From NCBI GenBank assembly GCA_965602015.1, contig OZ271918.1:3456001-3520000 (forward strand): a DNA stretch of 64,000 bases, written 5' to 3'. A program made the position numbers and the translations under genes. Below are positions 56,697 through 64,000 of the stretch, in pieces. The notes beneath the pieces were generated by a model. The model was not told the DNA's origin. It searched no databases and was given only the letters and a program-made list of their open reading frames with translations. Each line of letters begins with the position of its first letter. Within the stretch, counting starts at the first letter, position 1. The DNA is from Salinispira sp. (GTDB taxonomy: Bacteria > Spirochaetota > Spirochaetia > DSM-27196 > Salinispiraceae).

Positions 56697-58501
56697 TATG
56701 CGCCTCCGCTCATGGCATCTTCGCCGATTGAACCGAAATTCATCTGGGTTTGGTAGGCCGAACGGTATACCGGGCTTTTTTTCAGGAGCCCTTCATGGGA
56801 ATCCATGTGATCGACCCTCCCCTCGTGAAGGACGATGATCCGGTCCGCAAGACGGAGGGTGGACATCCTTTGGGCGATGATCACCGTTGTTCTTCCGGAC
56901 ATCAGTTGGCGCAGTTCTTCCTGGATTTCCCGCTCGGTTCGGCTGTCCAGGCTCGATGTGCAGTCGTCGAGGATGAGTATCGAGGGGTCCTTGAGGATGG
57001 CCCGGGCGATTGCAATGCGCTGTTTCTGACCTCCGGAAAGCCCCAGACCGAATTCGCCTACGGTGCTGTCGTAGCCGTCGGGTAGCGTCATGATGTGGTC
57101 GTGAATCCGCGCAGCCTTGGCCGCCTCGATGATTTCTTCCCTGCAGGCTCCCGGCCGGCCGTAGGCGATATTGTCCATGATGCTCATTGAAAACAGGAAG
57201 CTTTCCTGCAGCACCATGCCTATCCTGCTGCGCAGGTACTCCAAATCCCAATCCTCCAAAGCTGCGCCATCGAGGGTAATTGAACCCTTGTCAGCCTGGT
57301 AGAATCGGGGAATCATGGAAATCATGGAGCTCTTCCCGGAGCCGGTTAGGCCGAATACCGCCACACGCTCGCCGGGCTTGATGCAAAAATTGACATTTTC
57401 CAGGACCGGAGCGCTGCCCTCGGGATAGGAAAAACTTACGGACTCGAACCGGAGTTCGCCCCGAATCCGGTCGCGCCGGTGTCCGGTATCCAGATGCCTC
57501 TGGTCCGGCTGAGAAAGAATCTGGTGGATCCGTGCCGTCGCACCCGAAGCCAGGCTCATGGTGCTGGTATTGAATGCCAGGATGTACATCGGGAAACCGA
57601 TAATCGCTAAGTAGGTCATGAAGCCCAGCAGGGTTCCCAGGGTCATGCCGGCGGAGCCCTCGAGAATTTGCCAGCCGCCGTAGAGAACGATAATCAGCGA
57701 TCCGATAGTGTTGGTGAGGATGAGCACGGGATTCATCCGTGCCTGGAGGTCGGCGGCCTCGGTCGAGGATTCCAGGAGGGTTTCGTTGGCCTGGGAAAAT
57801 CCGCTAATTTGGTGATTCTCAAGTGCGAGGGCTTTGATGATGCGGATCCCGTACAAGTTTTCCTGCAGGAAGCTGGAGAGTGCACCGGTACTCTGCTGCT
57901 TTCTGACCACTGCGCTGTTCATGCGGCTGCTGAAATAGATCACCATATAGAGAATCACCGGGATAATGCTGTACACCACAAGGGCCAATCGCCAGTTCTG
58001 CCAGAGCATGAGGCCGAGCACCGCGGTGGTGATAAGAACCACCCTGACCCGGTGTTCTATACCGAATGCGAAAAAGTTCCGGAGCATTTGAACGTCCGAG
58101 GAAACCCGGGACATCAGGTCTCCGGTTCGGGCGCTATCATAAAACGGAGCGGGAAGATGCTGCAGTTTTTCGAACAGCTCGTTTCGGATGTCCCGTACCA
58201 CGGTTTCAGCCAGGTACCAGAAGCTCCGAATCATCAGGTGGACCATCCCGCCCCGGACAAGGCCGGCGGCAATTATCAATCCACCAAAGAGAAAAAGAGG
58301 CGGAAGAGAACCTTCGCTGCCGAGATTGGGATAAATATTGTCGGTAACGTGTCTGATTAGCAGCGGCAGGGTATAGGCGAGAATATCGATGATTACCATA
58401 AAAGCGAGCGCGGTAATCAGCGCTTTGCGGTGCCTTTTGAGAATATGAGCGAAGGGTTTAATGATGCCCCGAAGGCCGTTGTACGTGTTTTGCTTTGTGA
58501 T
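56696..58501 (-). CDS. Type IV ABC exporter half-transporter (degenerate Walker B); probable ATC start
   Basis: GLTGSGKS, LSGGQKQR, LDDCTS, IAQR; the frame is open 34 codons above the track ATG to an ATC after AAGGAG. Confidence 0.9.
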   Translation of the reverse strand: MTKQNTYNGLRGIIKPFAHILKRHRKALITALAFMVIIDILAYTLPLLIRHVTDNIYPNLGSEGSLPPLFLFGGLIIAAGLVRGGMVHLMIRSFWYLAETVVRDIRNELFEKLQHLPAPFYDSARTGDLMSRVSSDVQMLRNFFAFGIEHRVRVVLITTAVLGLMLWQNWRLALVVYSIIPVILYMVIYFSSRMNSAVVRKQQSTGALSSFLQENLYGIRIIKALALENHQISGFSQANETLLESSTEAADLQARMNPVLILTNTIGSLIIVLYGGWQILEGSAGMTLGTLLGFMTYLAIIGFPMYILAFNTSTMSLASGATARIHQILSQPDQRHLDTGHRRDRIRGELRFESVSFSYPEGSAPVLENVNFCIKPGERVAVFGLTGSGKSSMISMIPRFYQADKGSITLDGAALEDWDLEYLRSRIGMVLQESFLFSMSIMDNIAYGRPGACREEIIEAAKAARIHDHIMTLPDGYDSTVGEFGLGLSGGQKQRIAIARAILKDPSILILDDCTSSLDSRTEREIQEELRQLMSGRTTVIIAQRMSTLRLADRIIVLHEGRVDHMDSHEGLLKKSPVYRSAYQTQMNFGSIGEDAMSGGA

Positions 58502-58600
58502 TCCGTGCTCCTTGAGGATGACCTGTGGTTATCGGGACAGTCTACTTGCGATGATTTTCCCTGTCGATAGGAAGGGAATCCGCCGGAACATTTCCCGACC

Positions 58601-60445
58601 TTACAAAATAGTATTGGCACGCAGGTTATTGATGGAGGGTAGGCGCATCGGCGCTTTGAGTGAGAAGTTCCCTGATGCGTTCTGTGCTTCGTTTCCCGCC
58701 AATTCTTGAAGCCGGGATGGGTCGGCACCATATTCCCGGGCGCAATACTCGATATCTTCTTCATCAAGTTGGAGGCCCTGATATCTGAGAAGATTTTGAA
58801 TGGTCTCGTGGAGCGCTTCCATAGCGGGGTACCGCTCTTCAGCGACAGGAGTTAGACCCCACAGACTGCCGGCCGTACCGGTACGGTGTTTTCCGCTGCG
58901 GCTTATATATGCGGAAGCGGTACGTTCTATTGCTCTTTGAACGGGGATTTCCTCCAACGGGAGGTAGTCATCGGCAATTAGAAGCAGATCGATGGCCAGC
59001 TCTTTCTGATCATTCATGTGAATTCTACGATCTTCATGGACTTCATCAAATTCCTGGAGTTTTTCCATGACGTGCCGGGCAAACGGCAAAATCTTTTTGT
59101 CAGGAAGGACGAGAGTAGACGGTATAAGCGTGATTCCCGTCCCCCGACCGCCTTTTCGCAAAAGACTCACACGCTCAGGACTCCAGGTCTCATTGGCCTT
59201 CAGCAGCGTTCCCATTTTTCTCCATGCACTGCTGAATTTCTCATATGAATCACAGACTGCTTTGCTTTTTTGCTCCAAATCCTTATAGAGCTCACAGCAG
59301 CGCCGGGTATGGGGAGAGTTCCGCTCTTTTCCGTGAAGCAGCTTACTCATGGCTTCCACAATTCTTTCCTGCAGAACCTGTGCTGAACGAATATCGGGGA
59401 TGCTGGCTATTATCCTGTGGATCCCGGCTCCCCGCCTTTTTCGCGGTTTGATCATCAGGGATGAAGCCCTTTCGGCGAGTCGGGGCAGGGGCATATAGAG
59501 CTGTTCCGCGAGGATTCGTATTCGGTCATTGCGGCGATATAGTGACTTCCGGTACTCGCTCTGGGCTTTTTGAAGCTCACGGGCTGCGGAGGTGTATCTG
59601 CTGTTCCCCCGGTACTCCACCCGAAAACGCGGGAAACTTCTGCCGTTGATGATCTAGAATATAAGAATGCAAATTTCTTCGGCATCCGCCAAGGACATCC
59701 GATCAATATCGTCCCGGTCCGCCGCCTCATAACAGCGGCCGATAAATCCTTTTGTCCGTTCGCGCCCGGTGCGCGGATCGCTACGCACTTCGCTGAGCCG
59801 CCGCAGAAGCATTGACGCGACGGTTTCCGAAACCCTGTCGAGGGTTTCGCGGTGAGGTTCAATGAGGGGCTCCAGTTCAGATATGACGTCCCTCGCCCGG
59901 GCATCCAGTCCGCTCGAGCGGAAGGATTCCAGCCGTCGGGCACCGCTGGACAATCTCTCATCACCCAGAACATCCCAGACTGCCGTCGATAAGGCGTCGG
60001 CTCCTGCCCGCGGGTTTTCCAATAGATATTTGGCTCCGAGAACCCGACGTCCGTAGTCGTCGAGGGAGGTCAGCAGAAGATTCCGTATTTCTATTACCCG
60101 CTGGGGCAGAGCATCGAAAACATACTCCAGTGCGGACAGATCGGAACTTTTATCGTCGCCTCGGGTCGCATTGTATAAAAACCGTGCCGCCAGAGCGAAG
60201 ATGCCCGCAACCGCCGTATATCCTGCGAAATAAATAAACGAAGTGGAAGGAGCCGCGCTGCCGTATGCTATGTAGTACCCGCTTTGCAATCCAAGATAGG
60301 TTACCGGTCCTGCTGTCCAGGCAATCTGAAGGATTGAACGGCCCCACCTCTCCTTTTTCGCAGCGCCCCGGATACGTCTCATCAAGGAGGAAGCCAGTCG
60401 GTATGACGGGGACGTCGTTGATTGTGAGGAACGAAGACTGTCCAT
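58601..60445 (-). pseudogene. Single ~614-codon membrane-protein ORF interrupted by an in-frame TAG at 59654-59656
   Basis: ...ATA TTC TAG ATC ATC AAC GGC... continues in the same frame into the 58601-59620 ORF; no RBS before the internal GTG. Confidence 0.7.
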
Positions 60446-60525
60446 TCGGCTATTTCACACAAAAACCCTGCCGCTGTAAAGCGGCGCTATGGTGAATGGG
60501 GCTATCAGTCTGCTAAGCTTGGCTG

Positions 60526-60909
60526 ATGGACATTATTATTATTTTCGGACCTCCGGCGGTAGGTAAAATGAGCGTCGGCCGGGCTCTTGCTGACAAGACA
60601 GGGTACAAACTCTTTCATAATCACGTGATTATTGAGCTGCTTCTTGAGTTCTTTGAATACGGCAGTCCGCCGTTTAATGCGCTCCGCAGGGATTTCAGGA
60701 GCCGGATTATTGCCGAACTTCGCGAAAGCGGAGCTTCAGGTGTAGTCTTTACCTACGTCTGGGCACTCGACGATCCACGGGATGAGGCGGAGCTTGCGGG
60801 GTACTTCGAGGGAATCGGGATCGATCTTGCCCAGGTGAAATTCGTTGAACTCTACGCCGATCAGGCAGTCCGTCTTGAGCGAAACACCGGCGAGTTCCGG
60901 CTGAGATGA
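60526..60909 (+). pseudogene. P-loop (AAA/shikimate-kinase-like) protein, apparently C-terminally truncated
   Basis: GPPAVGKMSVG, FHNH; stops right after RLERN...RL, where this family usually continues. Confidence 0.55.
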
Positions 60910-60972
60910 TAGTTCGGTTTTTTAATCTGCCCATTGTGGCAAAATCCATAAAAGCATAAAAGGAAGACAGTA

Positions 60973-61716
60973 ATGAAGATAAAACGAGTACTACTTGGCA
61001 TCGGAATAGGTCTTGCGGTTCTGGTCATCGTCACTGCGGCTGGTCTGTACATCTGGTCGGTAACCGGTAGCTATGCCGCCGGGCAAGCCGCTCGGAATGC
61101 TCTCGAGTCGGATGATCTGGTCGAGGTGACTGTCGACCGCCGGATCAGGTTTGAGCCCCGGGACGGATATGATACCGGCGTGGTGTTTTATCCCGGCGGA
61201 CTGGTTGAGCCGGCAGCATATGCCCCGGTGCTCCGCAGAATGGCCCAAGACGGTGTTCTTGTGGTAATCGCTCCCATGCCCCTGAACCTGGCGCTGTTCA
61301 ACACCGGTGCTGCTGATGCGGTCTTTGGCGAGTACCCTGAGGTTTCCCGATGGGTTCTCGGCGGCCATTCCCTGGGCGGAACTGCAGCCGGCATCTTCGC
61401 ATCGGAAAACTCACAGCTCATTGATGCGTTGTTTTTCTGGGACTCCTATCCAACCGACGGCTCCAATCTTAGCACCCTGGAGCTTCCCGTTTTGTCGCTG
61501 TACGCATCGGCCGGGGGAACTGCTATTATCGAGGGCTTTGACTCACTAAAAAGTCTGCTCCCCCCGGGAACTCGATTCGAGGCTATTGAAGGAGCAAGCC
61601 ATGCTCAGTTCGGCGATTACGGAGCTCAGCGGGGTGATGTGGAGCCCCAAATCTCAATGGAAGCCCAACACGACATAATCTACATCCTAATGTCCGATTT
61701 TCTGAGCGGCCTGTAG
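60973..61716 (+). CDS. Alpha/beta hydrolase with N-terminal membrane anchor
   Basis: FYPGG.V...AY, GGHSLGG, HAQFGDYG.Q.GD. Confidence 0.9.
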   Translation: MKIKRVLLGIGIGLAVLVIVTAAGLYIWSVTGSYAAGQAARNALESDDLVEVTVDRRIRFEPRDGYDTGVVFYPGGLVEPAAYAPVLRRMAQDGVLVVIAPMPLNLALFNTGAADAVFGEYPEVSRWVLGGHSLGGTAAGIFASENSQLIDALFFWDSYPTDGSNLSTLELPVLSLYASAGGTAIIEGFDSLKSLLPPGTRFEAIEGASHAQFGDYGAQRGDVEPQISMEAQHDIIYILMSDFLSGL

Positions 61717-61765
61717 CGAGGGTCGTAGCAAAGATTTTGAGCCGGAATCAAGATATCAGGAAGCT

Positions 61766-61800
61766 AAAAAAAAACCGCGGCCCGGGAGGGAGGGCCGCGG
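61766..61800 (-). terminator. Intrinsic terminator
   Basis: A-run plus CCGCGGCCC-loop-GGGCCGCGG. Confidence 0.75.
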
Positions 61801-61837
61801 CGGAAAGTCCGGTGCATATACGCACTCAGTGTCGATC

Positions 61838-63190
61838 CTATTGCTTCTCCAATCCGATAACGAATTGTACGTCATCCCGTTCGAGGCGGAACCGGTGCTC
61901 CCGGGAGCTTCCATGCTCCGAAAAAGCCCGACTTAAATCGTCCTGATTTTCTATTTCACGGTCGTTGATGCTCACGATTATGTCGCCGTTGCGGAATCCG
62001 CTGACCGCCGCCGGGCTGCCTTCCAGGACGCCGGCTATGCGCATTTGTCCCTCCGGGTCCTCAGCTGCGATAAAGCCGGGCCATACCCGGGTGTTATCCC
62101 GCTGCTCGTCGGATTCCCGATTTTGGAGGCGAACGCTGACAGTCTGCTCTCTGCCTGTCCGAATTATGGTCATCCGAAGTCGGCTGCCCGGTCTGCTGTT
62201 GCCGACGATGCGGATAAGGTCATCAGCGCCGGTTACCAGCGCGCCGTCAATTTCCGTCACCAGGTCGCCGGGAAGCAGATTACCCCGGTCGGCCGGTGAA
62301 TCGATAAAAATGTTGGAAATAAATGCGCCGGGTATATCATCGCCGTCGCTTACATAGGCCCCAAGCCAACCGTATTCAACCCGGCCGGACTCCGACAGCT
62401 GTTCAATGGTTCCGGTTATCGAATTGACAGGCACGGCGAAACCGATGCCGACGCTGCCGCCGGATGGCGATGCGATCCAGGTGTTGATGCCCACAACCTC
62501 GCCGCGGAGATTAACCAGCGGACCGCCGCTGTTACCCCGATTTATGGCGGCATCGGTTTGGATGTAATCCGTAAAGCTCGTACTACCCTGATTCGGACCG
62601 GTCCGCCGACCGGTTGCGGATATAATGCCCGAAGTCATGCTCGAGCTGAAACCAAGGGGATTGCCGATGGCCAAAACCCAATCGCCGACCCTCAAGCCGT
62701 CGGAATTCCCCAGGGTTGCCAGGGGCATGGTTTCATCGCTTTCGAAGCGGACCAGGGCGATATCTTTGCGTTCGTCGCTGCCTACCAGGGTACCGATAAA
62801 TCGCCGTCCGTCGGACAGGCGTACGCTTATCTCTTCGGCGTCGCCCACCACATGGGAGTTGGTGATTACCGTCACTGTGCGGCCCCTTTGGCTGATCATC
62901 ACGCCGGAACCCAGGCCGGTCTGGCGCAGTTCCCGGGTGCCGTTTTCCCGGCCGCGATTCTGGCCAAAGAACAGATCAAACGGGCTGTTGGTCGCAGGCA
63001 CTTCCACCACATCCACGACGTCGAGCTGAACGACGGTGGGAATTACCCGGTCGGCCACATAGTGAAAGCTGTTCTCCAGCTGCTCCAGAAGAGCGAAGCC
63101 CCGCTGAACATCCTGGTCGCCGTCCTGGGCCGTCATGCCCGGGGAAACCAGCAGCAATAATACGATTGAAGCAAAAAGGAATTTTCTCAT
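61838..63190 (-). CDS. htrA: HtrA/DegP serine protease with two PDZ domains
   Basis: Signal peptide, GSGV, TNSHVV, DIAL, TDAAINRGNSGGPL, PDZ SPA..G. Confidence 0.92.
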   Translation of the reverse strand: MRKFLFASIVLLLLVSPGMTAQDGDQDVQRGFALLEQLENSFHYVADRVIPTVVQLDVVDVVEVPATNSPFDLFFGQNRGRENGTRELRQTGLGSGVMISQRGRTVTVITNSHVVGDAEEISVRLSDGRRFIGTLVGSDERKDIALVRFESDETMPLATLGNSDGLRVGDWVLAIGNPLGFSSSMTSGIISATGRRTGPNQGSTSFTDYIQTDAAINRGNSGGPLVNLRGEVVGINTWIASPSGGSVGIGFAVPVNSITGTIEQLSESGRVEYGWLGAYVSDGDDIPGAFISNIFIDSPADRGNLLPGDLVTEIDGALVTGADDLIRIVGNSRPGSRLRMTIIRTGREQTVSVRLQNRESDEQRDNTRVWPGFIAAEDPEGQMRIAGVLEGSPAAVSGFRNGDIIVSINDREIENQDDLSRAFSEHGSSREHRFRLERDDVQFVIGLEKQ

Positions 63191-63236
63191 CTCTTTCCTC
63201 CTGGTTAAACCTAACCTATGTTTGTCGATCCCGGCT

Positions 63237-64000
63237 TTATTGCTCGAGGATCAGGATAAAACGAGTACCGTTCCGAAGCACCTGCAGGGAAATCTCCTGA
63301 CCGGCGTCGGCTGAATTTATTTCTGCGTACAGGTCGTCCAGATTGGCTACCCGCCTCTGGTTGACCGCGACGATGATATCCCCCCGAAGCAAGCCTGTGG
63401 TCTCAGCCCGTGAGCCGTCGACCACCGCCGAAATCATTATTGATCCGTCATTGCGGCCGAGGTTAAAGCGGCGGCGCATCGAATCATCAATTTCGGCCAC
63501 TGAAAAACCCGGCCATATTCTTCTTGTCTGCCCGGAAAAACTCGCGTCATCCGGCCGTGTTCCCAGGGTGACGGAAATGCTGATGTCTTCCCCGCCGCGG
63601 GTTACAAAGACCTCGATCTCAGTCTCAGGGGGAAGCCTGCCAATAGAGGTGGTGAGCTGGCGGCTGTTTTCAATTTCACGCTGGTCGACTGCGGTTATCA
63701 GATCTCCGGGGAGAAGGCCTGACCGGTCCGCCGGCGAATCGAGGACGACGCTGGACACCAGACTGCCGGAGTTGTCTCCGGTGTCTCCGCTGAGAACGCC
63801 GAGCCAGCCGTAACTGATTCCCCCGTCGGCGATGATTTCATCGAGTCTGGCGTTGTTGATGGGCACGGCGAAGCCAATGCCCACGCTGCCTCCCGAGGAA
63901 GAGGCGATCCAGGTGTTAATTCCCACCACTTCACCCCGGGTATTCACCAGCGCGCCGCCGGAGTTACCCGGATTGATGGCCGCATCGGTCTGAATGTAAT
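63237..64000 (-). CDS. htrA: HtrA/DegP serine protease (3' part, extends beyond the window)
   Basis: [26 protein letters not shown], two PDZ domains. Confidence 0.9.
   Translation of the reverse strand, partial: YIQTDAAINPGNSGGALVNTRGEVVGINTWIASSSGGSVGIGFAVPINNARLDEIIADGGISYGWLGVLSGDTGDNSGSLVSSVVLDSPADRSGLLPGDLITAVDQREIENSRQLTTSIGRLPPETEIEVFVTRGGEDISISVTLGTRPDDASFSGQTRRIWPGFSVAEIDDSMRRRFNLGRNDGSIMISAVVDGSRAETTGLLRGDIIVAVNQRRVANLDDLYAEINSADAGQEISLQVLRNGTRFILILEQ

Noticed and set aside
4270..58360. Long antisense ORFs in the track (e.g. 4270-5253, 13144-14283, 19752-20654, 33124-34164, 41537-42379)
   Set aside because: Shadows of well-supported genes on the opposite strand in GC-rich DNA; no motifs
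59654..59656. Genome-wide TAG reassignment
   Set aside because: TAG terminates clearly complete genes (e.g. 903, 2154, 20633, 61838)
1..64000. CRISPR array, prophage, transposase or integrase
   Set aside because: No regularly spaced repeats or recognisable mobility proteins seen

Overview
Chromosomal window (about 55% GC by eye) of an anaerobic bacterium, probably a free-living spirochaete; this is inferred from the gene repertoire. No phage, transposase or CRISPR array is visible. The main block (5.6-16.6 kb) is a lysine-fermentation locus: kamDE-kce-kdd-kamA-kamB divergent from a PAS/sigma54 activator and a kat-atoD-atoA operon. It carries the 3-aminobutyryl-CoA aminotransferase (Kat) and no Kal, and two sigma54 promoters with matching enhancer palindromes can be read directly. 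It is followed by a lipoprotein with a flavinylation-like motif, a cobalamin riboswitch with btuFCD, a cation-chloride-cotransporter-like permease, tRNA-Ser(CGA), lepB, EAL and GGDEF proteins, selU-selD, several ABC exporters with operator palindromes, and tandem HtrA proteases. Best leads for something new: (i) a coupled operon of lipoprotein, PKD/FG-GAP surface protein with an unusual long leader, and a TIGR03032 protein, next to an SPL-like radical SAM enzyme; (ii) four genes whose N-termini seem to need AUA/AUC/AUU starts, plus many apparently leaderless genes; (iii) an in-frame amber codon splitting a ~614-codon ORF. All family calls come from motif recognition; no searches were run.
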